NCBI GenBank assembly: GCA_965197475.1
Contig: CBDANF010000003.1
Coordinates: forward strand, 3,136,001 to 3,200,000
Source of the DNA: Candidatus Poribacteria bacterium
Lineage (GTDB): Bacteria > Poribacteria > WGA-4E > WGA-3G
Direction of reading: 5' to 3'
DNA: 64,000 nt
Shown: positions 32,254 through 41,953 of the stretch, in pieces
Layout of the letters: each line of letters opens with the position of its first letter
Numbering within the stretch: the first letter of the stretch is position 1
Position numbers and translations under genes: made by a program
Notes under the pieces: generated by a model
Database searches by the model: none
What the model saw: the letters and a program-made list of their open reading frames with translations, nothing else
Told to the model about the DNA's origin: nothing

Positions 32254-35238
32254 ATGCCCCGTATCAAATGGATCAGTCTGTTATGTGTGATGTTTATTAC
32301 TGTTTCTCTAACGAGTAACGCATCACTACCCAATGCTAATGGAGATGAAATAGAAAGTGATTCTATTGGAGAGGAAAGATTTCTCAGTAATATCCGCCAA
32401 CTCACTTATGATGGAAAACGTGCAGGAGAAGGTTATTTCTCCGAAGATGGAAACGCGCTGATCTTTCAAAGTGAACGCGAGTCGGACAACCCGTTCTATC
32501 AAATTTATCTCTTAAATCTTTTAACGGGAGATACACATAGGGTTTCACCTGGCGTTGGAAAAACCACGTGTGCTTTCTTTCGTCCCAGTACTGACGAAGT
32601 GCTTTACGCCTCTACGCATCACGATATTTTTGCAGAAGCGAAGCAGGAAGAGGAACTTAATTTCCGAGCGTCTGGGAAAGAACGCCGCTATAGTTGGGAT
32701 TACGATGAGGCTATGGACATTTTCTCAGCGAATCGCGATGGAAGCAATCTGACGCAACTGACAGACGCGCACGGTTACGATGCGGAAGGTTCATATTCTC
32801 CTGATGGCAAATACATCGTTTTCTGCTCTTTGCGAGACGCATATCCAAAAAGTGAACTGTCTCCAAAGGACCTAAAACAGCTTGAAGTTGATCCAGCCTA
32901 TTTTGGTGAAATCTATATTATGGACGCTGACGGTTCCAATCAGATACGTTTGACAGATTCGCCGGGATATGATGGCGGTCCCTTTTTCACCCCAGATGGA
33001 CAATACATTGTCTGGCGGCACTTTTCACCGGATGGCAGCACAGCAGATATCTATACGATGCGGATGGACGGTTCCGGCATAAGACGTTTGACAGATTTCG
33101 ACAGCATGTCTTGGGCACCCTATTTCCATCCGAGTGGTGCTTATGTCATTTTTGCTTCTAACAAGCTCGGCTTTTCCAATTTTGAGTTATATCTTGTAGA
33201 TGCAATGGGCAGACATGACCCGGTTCAGGTCACCTCAACTGATGGATTTGATGGACTTCCTGTCTTTTCACCCGATGGTAATCGCTTGTGCTGGACCTCA
33301 ACACGCAACAATCAAAAGGTTTCACAACTCTATCTTGCATCATGGAATCATGAAGCGGCGTTAGAAGCGATTTCGATTTCACCGAGACGCGAAATTTCAA
33401 GAATTCCAGAACCTATAGAGACGGAATCCGAATCCGAATTAGCGTTTACTGATTTTGCTAATGAAATAAAAAGCCGTATCCAGGAACACGTTGAATTCCT
33501 GGCAGACGATGCTTTAGAAGGCAGGATGACCGGTTCTAAAGGTTCAAAACGCGCTGCAGATTACATTGTAGAGCAATTTTCCAAACTCAACCTACCACCT
33601 GCAGGTGAAGAAGGCAGTTATTTTCAAACTTTTGAGTTCACGGCAGGAAGAAAAATTATACCAAATGAGAACCTTTTCTATCTCACACGCAAAATAGCGG
33701 GTTCTGAGGGGCAGCTTGAATTCAAGGTAGAGCAGGATTTCTTACCGCTTTCTTTTTCAAGCAACGGTGTAGTTGAGGGTGAAGTCGTGTTTGTTGGATA
33801 TGGGTTATCAGTCCCCGGAGAGGCGGGTGAAGGTTATAATTCTTATGCCGGTATAGATGTGAAGGATAAGATTGTTGTTGCACTTCGCTACGTTCCAGAA
33901 GGCGTGAAGGCTGAACGCCGACAGCAATTGATTCGGTATGCAGGAATCCGCTATAAGGCAGTACAGGCACGGGAAAACGGTGCGAAAGCGTTCCTTGTCG
34001 TTGCCGGTCCAAATTCTCCAAACGCCGGCAAGATAATCCCACTTAATTTTGACAGCGGCAGTGCTGATTCTGGCATTATCGCGGGTTCTATTACCCATAC
34101 TGTCGCAAATGCCCTCTTAGCACAAGCAGGCAAAGACTTGACAGAAGTTCAAACTGGACTTGACGATGAGAATCCGCACTTTGTCGGACAATTTCCGTTA
34201 CCCGATGTCAAAATCAAGATAGCTGCCTCCATTGAAAAGATTAAGAAATCGGATAATAATGTCCTCGCGATGCTCCCGCCAACCCATCAAACTGAGGACA
34301 GCGAATATATCATCGTTGGTGCACACTACGATCATATCGGTTACGGTGAGATCGGATCACTCGCGAAAAAAGGAGAAAAAGGACAAATTCATAACGGTGC
34401 TGATGATAACGCTTCAGGCACTGCTGTTGTCCTAAAATTAGCAGAGATGTTCAGTGAAGAACGTCAAAATCAGCCAGAAAAATTTAAGAGAGGTATTATC
34501 TTTGCATTATGGTCGGGTGAAGAACTCGGACTCATCGGGTCTACGCATTTTGTGAATGATCCTGTGCTTCCTTTAAAGGACGTTGCTGCTTACATTAACT
34601 TTGATATGGTAGGACGACTCCGCAATAACAAGCTTGTCCTGCAAGGTATCGGGTCTTCGCCTATTTGGACAAAGTTAATTGAAAAACGGAATGTCCTTAT
34701 CGGTTTTAATCTGGCACTAAAAAAAGATCCGTATATGCCAACAGATGTGACAGCCTTCTATCCGAAAAATGTTCCTGTCCTCAGTTTCTTTACTGGGTTA
34801 CACAAGAACTATAACCGTCCGACCGATGATCCTGAGACCCTCAACTATGCTGGTTTAGAACGTATCTCAAGTCTGGCTTATGGAATTATTTCAGACCTAA
34901 TCAGCGCGGATACGCGACCAGAATACGTAAAAGTAGAACGAAACAAACCTGAGGAGGGAAGTCGTGGCACGCTACGAGCATATTTAGGGACTATTCCTGA
35001 TTATACCACCGAAGACGTTGGTGTTAAACTCTCTGGCGTTATCGCTGGTGGTCCTGCTGATAAAGCGGGTTTAAAAAGTGGAGATGTCATCATTGAATTC
35101 GGCACTAAAAAGATTGGAAATATCTATGACTTTACCTATGCGCTTGATGCAGTGAAAATTGGGGAGCCTGTTGAGGTTGTTGTGATGCGCGATGGGAAAC
35201 AGGTAAAGTTGAAAGTCACCCCTGAAGCGCGGAATTAA
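32254..35238 (+). CDS. Secreted M28 peptidase with PD40/TolB-like propeller, PA and PDZ domains
   Basis: 'RQLT..G.RAGEGYFS', 'GAHYDH', 'GADDNASG', 'GEELGLIGS', 'YLGTIPDY...GGPADKAGL'. Confidence 0.9.
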   Translation: MPRIKWISLLCVMFITVSLTSNASLPNANGDEIESDSIGEERFLSNIRQLTYDGKRAGEGYFSEDGNALIFQSERESDNPFYQIYLLNLLTGDTHRVSPGVGKTTCAFFRPSTDEVLYASTHHDIFAEAKQEEELNFRASGKERRYSWDYDEAMDIFSANRDGSNLTQLTDAHGYDAEGSYSPDGKYIVFCSLRDAYPKSELSPKDLKQLEVDPAYFGEIYIMDADGSNQIRLTDSPGYDGGPFFTPDGQYIVWRHFSPDGSTADIYTMRMDGSGIRRLTDFDSMSWAPYFHPSGAYVIFASNKLGFSNFELYLVDAMGRHDPVQVTSTDGFDGLPVFSPDGNRLCWTSTRNNQKVSQLYLASWNHEAALEAISISPRREISRIPEPIETESESELAFTDFANEIKSRIQEHVEFLADDALEGRMTGSKGSKRAADYIVEQFSKLNLPPAGEEGSYFQTFEFTAGRKIIPNENLFYLTRKIAGSEGQLEFKVEQDFLPLSFSSNGVVEGEVVFVGYGLSVPGEAGEGYNSYAGIDVKDKIVVALRYVPEGVKAERRQQLIRYAGIRYKAVQARENGAKAFLVVAGPNSPNAGKIIPLNFDSGSADSGIIAGSITHTVANALLAQAGKDLTEVQTGLDDENPHFVGQFPLPDVKIKIAASIEKIKKSDNNVLAMLPPTHQTEDSEYIIVGAHYDHIGYGEIGSLAKKGEKGQIHNGADDNASGTAVVLKLAEMFSEERQNQPEKFKRGIIFALWSGEELGLIGSTHFVNDPVLPLKDVAAYINFDMVGRLRNNKLVLQGIGSSPIWTKLIEKRNVLIGFNLALKKDPYMPTDVTAFYPKNVPVLSFFTGLHKNYNRPTDDPETLNYAGLERISSLAYGIISDLISADTRPEYVKVERNKPEEGSRGTLRAYLGTIPDYTTEDVGVKLSGVIAGGPADKAGLKSGDVIIEFGTKKIGNIYDFTYALDAVKIGEPVEVVVMRDGKQVKLKVTPEARN

Positions 35239-35265
35239 TTTCTCATTGTAACACTGTTTTATGTC

Positions 35266-36262
35266 TGAACTCATAGCGAGTAAGAGCTAAGCATCGTTGA
35301 AAGTTCTCCGAAAGTTTATCATTGAATATGCTAAATTACGAAAACCTAAGCGTGTTTCTTTGAGTTTATCATAACTAAGGGCAAGTTTCCGATAAGTCTC
35401 TTGCCAACCCAAGGTTCGCTCCACTTTATATCGGTCTTTGTCCATTTCTTTGTTAAACCACCGGAACGGACGGGCAATCACAATAGGTTCTTTGGCATTC
35501 CGCCGGTTCGGATATATCACCGGGAGCAGCCCGTGTTGTTTGATAATCTTATGATTCTTTTTGGAATCAAAACCGGAGTCCAGTGTTAGAACGGAAGCAT
35601 TGAGGTCCATTCCAATACGATTAGCAAAGGCGATAAGATCGGTGAATGTTTCGGGCAAAATCTTTGTCCCATGTTGGTTGACAGGTTTGATGGTTATCGG
35701 GCTGATGATGAACCCTTGATTGTCAGTGATGATCAACTCTTTTTCACCTTTTTGATGTTTGTGGCCTGAATAACCGATGTTGTCCCCTTTTTTCACGGCG
35801 GTATTTGACCCATCTCCATGAAGTTGAGAGGTGTCAAGTTGGTCGGTGTCAAGCAGGTGTATCACTGATGCCTCAAAAAGTTTCTGATACGAGCCATCTT
35901 TTGACCACCGATTATGCCATTTATAGATATTAGACCAATGGAGTTCAGGATGCCGGGTTCGGAGTTGATCCCATTGAATACCCGTATGTAAAACATAGAG
36001 GATATAGTTGAATATCTTGTCCAAGGAGAGTTTCGGCTTTGGGCCTTTGACTCGTTTCGCTAAATGAGGTAAGATATAATGATTGAAATCCTTACGGGAA
36101 ACCTGCTTCGGAATACATTTGTATTTTGGGGCTTTTGAGTCTTGTCTGTCATAATAACATCTTTCATAATGTGAATGGATATATGAGGTAGAAAGGGACG
36201 TAAAGATCCCCTTTTCTTTCTCTATTTTACCACATCTTTATGTTTTACTCAATATGACTTCA
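35266..36262 (-). mobile_element. IS5-family element (transposase about 35287-36150, frameshifted near its 5' end)
   Basis: IR TGAACTCATAGCGAGTAA / TTACTCAATATGACTTCA; 'YVLHTGIQW', 'HGDGS', 'LDSGFD', 'RYKVERT'. Confidence 0.8.
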
Positions 36263-36873
36263 TGTATTATCGGGGCAAAGGGAGAATAACACCCGAACAG
36301 ACCGGTTTACTTGTGATCGATGGGGACCTGGGTAAGTGGGAGCGCGTGCAGCACACCCCTGTCATTCCTGCAGATACTGAACACGACCGGCACGGTTCGA
36401 CTCATCCTTCGGTTGCTATAGTGGAGGATACGATTCATATCATTTATACCGGGAAGGCGACACGGTCGTTCGGAGAGGGATTGACGATGTGTCATGCAAC
36501 CGCACCGACGAACGATCCAACATCGGTCACAAAAAATCCTGCCAATCCTGTTTTCACAGGTAGCGGGCAAACATGGGACAGCCAATCTGTTCGCGAAACC
36601 GAATTGTTCAAAGGACCACAGTATTTCCATATTCTCTATGGTGGATTCGATGGCGAAGTCTGGCGGATCGGACATGTGCGGACTCGTGATTTTCGCACCT
36701 TTGAGCCAAATCCGTACAATCCCGTATTTACACCATCGGACGACCCTGATGCTTATGATTGCGACGGTGTGCTGACGGGTCAAATCCTTAAAATCGATGA
36801 TACTTATGTCATGCTCTACGCAGGTAAAAAAGGTAAAGAATGGCAAACTGGTCTGGCTACAATTCCAGATTAA
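36262..36873 (+). pseudogene. Five-bladed beta-propeller glycosidase-like gene, 5'-truncated at the IS5 end
   Basis: 'NPVFT..WDS', 'WRIGH', 'YVMLYAG..WQTGLA'; begins exactly at the IS terminus with no RBS. Confidence 0.65.
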
Positions 36874-36933
36874 AGTTATGGACGAAATATGAATTCGGCA
36901 GGAGAAAGAAAAAATCACAAAGGGGTTGGATAG

Positions 36934-38643
36934 ATGATTCGTTTTAGTTTTGTGCTTACCGTAATAGCTTTTATCAGCATGTCTGCATGCATCGCCTTCA
37001 CAGACGATAAAGCTGCGGAGGGTGGAACCATCCGAGGCAAGATTACTGACACAACCCCAGAACAAAATCCAATTGAAGGCGTTGAAGTCAAGATTTTCAC
37101 CACAGACAGCAAGAAGAAGTTTACAGTAAAGACTGATGCCAACGGTAATTATAAATGCGCCAATCTTCCTGCAGGTATCTATAATGTCTACTCCAAAAAA
37201 GAAGGATACGGAGACAGATTTAGAATCTCTGCTGTGGTAGTTAATGGGAAAAACGAAATTGTTGATCTCAAAATGTTCAACTTCATGAATCATGCCAGAC
37301 AGCGTGTCAAACATAGAATTATGCCTTTATTCCATTACGTTACCGAAAATATGGTGAAGCACCATGATTTGGACGAGACAGTTGCCGATGCACTTCTTCA
37401 GTCAATTCGTAAAACATTTGAGACTGCCATCAAACGTCACAGAACCTTGTCAACCTACTTAGTTGATGTGAATGATCGAAACTTGGACGTACTTGAGGGA
37501 TTGTTGTTGCATTTTGACATTAAAGTGATATTTACCGAACACCTAACCGAGACGCAACTACAAGATTACACCGATTTCATCAACACACGAAGACACCGAG
37601 AGAAACAAGCTATCGCCTACCAATTGACTGCATTGTTTGATCAGGAACTTTGCTTGACTGCGGAGCAACGCAAATATGTTGTGCAATTGCTACATGACAA
37701 AACGGATGGATTAAAATTAACTTCAAGTAACATGTTGACGTTAGATTCACTGAAAGCAGCAGACCTTGTCCGCCACAGATCGGAAATCTCGCTAAATGGG
37801 ATATTGACCAAAACCCAGAGGAAAATTTGGCAGGCGTTGGTAAACGTGGACGATGACGAGAAAGAGAGCCGCAAAATTTTCTTCGCCAGAACCGAAGCAA
37901 ATATTAAGAAGGCGGTTGATGACGGTAGAATGACCGAGGAAGAAGCTGCAGCAAAACTTGATGAATTACAGAAAAAATTGGGCATAGGACCTAAAGACGA
38001 AAAACTGGAATCTCAGGAACGCATGAAACAGTTCCTTGAAGCTAAACTCACAGCACACACCGAGATGTTAGGGAAACTCAATGAACGCGCATCACAACGG
38101 TTAACTTTAGCCGTTAAAGGTGTGGTTCAGCAATACCTTGAAACTAAAGAACGTATGGCAATGTACCGCGAAGCCGAAGCCAAAATCATGGGCGCACTCG
38201 CGGCTCGCGAATTAACCCCTGAACAAGCCGATAAAAAACTCGGAGACCTGACCGAAAAGTTATGGGGTGAGAATATTGAATATGAAGAAACAGGTGAACC
38301 CTATGCTGTTGACATCACAAATCATCCGCTCTATCAAGAAGCAATCAAAGATATTCTTTCTGAAGATGCATACGCCCAATATACCTCACGCCAAGCGGAA
38401 AGAGACAATTTTCGACAACAAGCTTCGCGAGATTTAGCAGTAGCGTTGATGGATATACGGCTGCTCTTAAACGACGCACAACGGAAACAGTTAGAAACGA
38501 CAGCAGCACAGTTAACTCTGCCACCATTAGAGGGGGATGCTCCAATGAATATGTTCTATCAACTTTTCCAACAGGTAAACCACGACATGTTAAGTCCTTG
38601 GCAGCGGAATGAACTTGAGATTCAGCATGGGGCTGCAGAGTAA
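36934..38643 (+). CDS. Secreted protein: carboxypeptidase-regulatory-like domain + helical LTxxQ-like region
   Basis: Signal peptide; 'GTIRGKITD..PIEGVEV..TDANGNY..LPAGIY'; repeated LTxxQ motifs. Confidence 0.75.
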   Translation: MIRFSFVLTVIAFISMSACIAFTDDKAAEGGTIRGKITDTTPEQNPIEGVEVKIFTTDSKKKFTVKTDANGNYKCANLPAGIYNVYSKKEGYGDRFRISAVVVNGKNEIVDLKMFNFMNHARQRVKHRIMPLFHYVTENMVKHHDLDETVADALLQSIRKTFETAIKRHRTLSTYLVDVNDRNLDVLEGLLLHFDIKVIFTEHLTETQLQDYTDFINTRRHREKQAIAYQLTALFDQELCLTAEQRKYVVQLLHDKTDGLKLTSSNMLTLDSLKAADLVRHRSEISLNGILTKTQRKIWQALVNVDDDEKESRKIFFARTEANIKKAVDDGRMTEEEAAAKLDELQKKLGIGPKDEKLESQERMKQFLEAKLTAHTEMLGKLNERASQRLTLAVKGVVQQYLETKERMAMYREAEAKIMGALAARELTPEQADKKLGDLTEKLWGENIEYEETGEPYAVDITNHPLYQEAIKDILSEDAYAQYTSRQAERDNFRQQASRDLAVALMDIRLLLNDAQRKQLETTAAQLTLPPLEGDAPMNMFYQLFQQVNHDMLSPWQRNELEIQHGAAE

Positions 38644-38668
38644 ATAATTACAAGGATAATCAGAACAA

Positions 38669-40444
38669 ATGACCTGTCTTATAGTAAAATCAAAAAACAC
38701 CTATACATTTTTCTTTGGATTAGCGGCGTTTGTAGTCACGCAATTCATTGCGCCTCTTACATACGCATTAACATGTTTGAAATTAATCTGGGGACTAAAA
38801 TGTATCAATAATTATAGGCGTTACTTTAGTTTTGTACTAATAATTGCTTGTATCAGTATGTCCGCATGCATCGCTTTCGCAGAAAAAAACGCTATAAATG
38901 GCGCAACCATCGGAGGCGAGGTTATTGAAGTAATGGGCGAAAACGCCCCAATTCAAGGTGCTACAGTTAAGATTGTTGGTTCAGATGGAAAAGAGTGGAA
39001 AGTAAAAACTGATGTCGAAGGTAAATATGAATATACAGGTCTCCCAGCAGGACGTTATACTATCAATGTCTATAAAAGAGGATACAATCCTTGGGTTGGA
39101 AAATCAAAGGTAGTCGCTGCCGGTGGTGAACGTTTTGACCGGATCAAAATGAGAAAAAAAGACGATTTTGAAACACGTTTTGCTGAAGGTTTACTACAGC
39201 ATGTTGCTGAAGATATCGGCAAACGTTACAAGTTGGATGCGTCTATTGTTAAAAAACTTCACAGGTCAATTTTTGAAGCACTTGATACTGTGTTAGAGCA
39301 GAAAAACGGAGAAGAAATAGAAGACTTTGCAGAGGCAGAAAAATATGGCAGCATAGGATTTATTTTAGGAATGTTATCACACCCTAATTATAAGCCAGCA
39401 TTCGCCAAATACCTAACGGAAACACAACTTCAGGATTATCTGGATTTCATGAAAGCGCGGCAACAGCAAGTTCAACAAGCAATTGCTCAATTTATGACAG
39501 CATTCCTTGACCAAGCACTCAGTCTGACAGTCAACCAACGCGAAAAAATTGAGAAATTGTTGCTCAACACAATAAATGATAAACCAGAGTTGGACTTAAT
39601 GAATATTATGAATGGACCATTGCCGAAGGCAATAGGCGATCTGTTACATAATAAATTGCACATATCTCTGGATAGCGTACTGAACCAAACACAGTCAAAA
39701 ATTTGGGAAGTGATGATTGATTTTTATGATGGAAAGGATTTAGTTGGTATTGAGACTTTTGAAGTGCCATCGGAAAATGCTGCTGAGAAGGATGAAATCA
39801 ATAAGGTCCCCCCCAAATCTCAAAAGTGGATCTTGGCTGAAGCAATACTGATGGCACATACTGAACAGTTAGGCACGCTCAACGAAAGTGCATCAAAGCG
39901 TTTGGAAATCGCTACTAAAGGAGTGATCCAACAATACCTTGAAGCGCAAATTCCGAACATTGATGATGATTTCAAATTTATTGCTGAAATAGGAGATCTC
40001 ATGCAGGCGTTCATGTGGCAATCCATATCTCGCGATGAGGCTATTGAGAAGCTTGGATCCATGAAGAACGAGTTATGGGGCGAGAAAGACACAAATAAAC
40101 GGTGGGATAAAATTGAACTGCACCAGATTACTAATCATCCCCTGTACCAACAGGCAATCAAAGATGTCCTCTCTGAAGATGTCTACTTACAATACAAAGC
40201 ACATCAAGCGGAACGAAAGAATTTCCGCATACAAGCATCTCGGAATCTCGCTTTGGCTTTCATAGATATGATTGTGCTGCTTAACGAGGCACAGCGGCAA
40301 CAGATAAAAATGATAACAGCACAGTTAACTATACCCTCATTGAATTATAAGGAACTGCAAATGATGTTTGCTGAATTATTCATTCGGATGGACCACGAGA
40401 TACTGAGTCCTTGGCAGCAAAGTGTATTTAAAGGAGGTAGATAA
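38669..40444 (+). CDS. Paralog of 36934-38643 (true start uncertain)
   Basis: Shares 'LTETQLQDY', 'AHTE.LG.LNE.AS.RL', 'ITNHPLYQ.AIKD.LSED', 'LSPWQ'; the 5' part contains a mobile repeat. Confidence 0.75.
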   Translation: MTCLIVKSKNTYTFFFGLAAFVVTQFIAPLTYALTCLKLIWGLKCINNYRRYFSFVLIIACISMSACIAFAEKNAINGATIGGEVIEVMGENAPIQGATVKIVGSDGKEWKVKTDVEGKYEYTGLPAGRYTINVYKRGYNPWVGKSKVVAAGGERFDRIKMRKKDDFETRFAEGLLQHVAEDIGKRYKLDASIVKKLHRSIFEALDTVLEQKNGEEIEDFAEAEKYGSIGFILGMLSHPNYKPAFAKYLTETQLQDYLDFMKARQQQVQQAIAQFMTAFLDQALSLTVNQREKIEKLLLNTINDKPELDLMNIMNGPLPKAIGDLLHNKLHISLDSVLNQTQSKIWEVMIDFYDGKDLVGIETFEVPSENAAEKDEINKVPPKSQKWILAEAILMAHTEQLGTLNESASKRLEIATKGVIQQYLEAQIPNIDDDFKFIAEIGDLMQAFMWQSISRDEAIEKLGSMKNELWGEKDTNKRWDKIELHQITNHPLYQQAIKDVLSEDVYLQYKAHQAERKNFRIQASRNLALAFIDMIVLLNEAQRQQIKMITAQLTIPSLNYKELQMMFAELFIRMDHEILSPWQQSVFKGGR

Positions 40445-40446
40445 TC

Positions 40447-41550
40447 ATGACAAGATACAAAAAAGTTTCAGGTTTACTGATAAATAGAAACACATTCATT
40501 ATGGGATTTTCGGGTTTCCTAATGTTGCTGGGCACGTTTTTCAGCGAACCAGCTTACGCACAAGATCCCACTCTCCGCTACGGCACGGGTGTCCCGCCAG
40601 CGGTTAGAAGCATCAATGACCGAAGTTTGCGGTATCTCGCTAATACGCAGTTGCAAGACGGAAGTTGGCCAGGTTCACGAAATGGCGCAGGAATCACAGG
40701 TATTTGTGTCATGGCATTGATGGCAAGTGGTGAAGACCCTGATTACGGACCTTATGCCACAAACATTCGTAGAGCCTTGCACCACATCATCGCTAATCAA
40801 AACGCTAAAACAGGATACATGGGGACGAGCGGTCATGCATCAATGTACCACCACGGGTTTGCCATGTTAGCACTGTCCGAGGCGTACGGTGCAGTAAGCG
40901 AAGAGCTGCTTTGGAAAGGGAGTGATGTACCTGCAAATCGCAGACGAACTCTCAGTGCATCTTTAGAACTTGCAGTGCGATGTGCGTTAACAGCACAAGA
41001 AAAAAATCCTTGGGGTGCTTGGCGTTATTCACCACAAGCTCGAGATGCGGACACAACTGTCGCGGGAACCGTATTAATGGGGATATTTGGTGCGCGAAAC
41101 GCTGGTGTTGAAGTTTCCAATGAAGCTATTGACAAGGCATTGAACTTTTTTCAAACCTGCACTACGCGAAGCGGGAGTGTCTCCTATACACCTTCAGGGA
41201 GCCATGGCGATGGACTCACTCGTACTGCAATCGCAACCCTCGTTTACGCTATTGGAAAGCGAAAGGATACGCCAGAATACAAAGCCGCTTCCGAATTCAT
41301 CAAACGCAGAGCTACCTATAATCTCAGTGGGGGTTACATGTTCTATACGCTATATTATATGGCTCAGGCTCTGTTTCAAAGCGATTTCGAAACATGGCAA
41401 GCTTGGAATCAACGCACCATCGCGCGACTTCAACAGATGCAACAAGAAGATGGAAGTTTCAACAGTTCCTATGGCAAAGCCTACGGCACAGGGATGGCTG
41501 TGCTAACCTTAGCTTTGAACTATCGCCTTTTGCCTATTTACGAAAGATAG
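40447..41550 (+). CDS. Exported prenyltransferase/squalene-oxidase repeat protein
   Basis: QW-like repeats 'QLQDGSW', 'QQEDGSF'; 'SMYHHGFAMLALSEAYG', 'GAWRY', 'LPIYER'; GGAGG RBS. Confidence 0.8.
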   Translation: MTRYKKVSGLLINRNTFIMGFSGFLMLLGTFFSEPAYAQDPTLRYGTGVPPAVRSINDRSLRYLANTQLQDGSWPGSRNGAGITGICVMALMASGEDPDYGPYATNIRRALHHIIANQNAKTGYMGTSGHASMYHHGFAMLALSEAYGAVSEELLWKGSDVPANRRRTLSASLELAVRCALTAQEKNPWGAWRYSPQARDADTTVAGTVLMGIFGARNAGVEVSNEAIDKALNFFQTCTTRSGSVSYTPSGSHGDGLTRTAIATLVYAIGKRKDTPEYKAASEFIKRRATYNLSGGYMFYTLYYMAQALFQSDFETWQAWNQRTIARLQQMQQEDGSFNSSYGKAYGTGMAVLTLALNYRLLPIYER

Positions 41551-41613
41551 ACAGCCATTGACAGTAGTTTGGACAATTTATGTGCTATTCAGGTAAATTT
41601 TCAAGTTGTATTT

Positions 41614-41872
41614 GTAGGTTGGGTAGAGCGCAGCGAAACCATAAGTGTCAATTTAAGGAATGAATCCGTTTTTAGCTGTGGTGTAGCCTCGTAGAGGCGG
41701 AATGTTTATAGCAAAAGCGTCAACCCTTCTTGAGTTCCGTAGGAGCGGTATGTGTATGCAAATCGTGTCTCTATAAACATATCGTTCCTACGGAACTCAA
41801 GAGGGGTGGTAACATTTTTCTATAAACATATCGTCCCTACGGGACTAAATATGGGACAGTCTCAATCATAGT
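41614..41872. repeat. REP half + MITE with internal palindromes, related to 58086-58375
   Basis: GTAGGTTGGGTAGAGCGCAGCGAAA|CCATAAGTGTCAATTTAAGG; inverted pair GAGTTCCGTAGGA / TCCTACGGAACTC; 'CTATAAACATATCGTCCCTACGGGACT'. Confidence 0.75.
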
Positions 41873-41953
41873 AAGTATTGAACTCACGTTAACAATATGT
41901 AAACATCTGCTGGTAAGCACCGAATGCTGAATACTACAAGAAGGAGAAATGCA

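Noticed and set aside
36307-37314. 335-aa minus-strand ORF and similar long shadow ORFs (27623-28174, 3998-4618, 47789-48280)
   Set aside because: They are antisense to well-supported genes and have no RBS or recognisable motifs.
40447-41550. Squalene-hopene cyclase call
   Set aside because: It is too short, appears exported and lacks the DXDD catalytic motif.
41614-41872. Repeat clusters here and at 28815-29085 and 58056-58412 as CRISPR arrays
   Set aside because: The units are imperfect, inverted and irregularly spaced, and no cas genes are present; they are REP/MITE-like.
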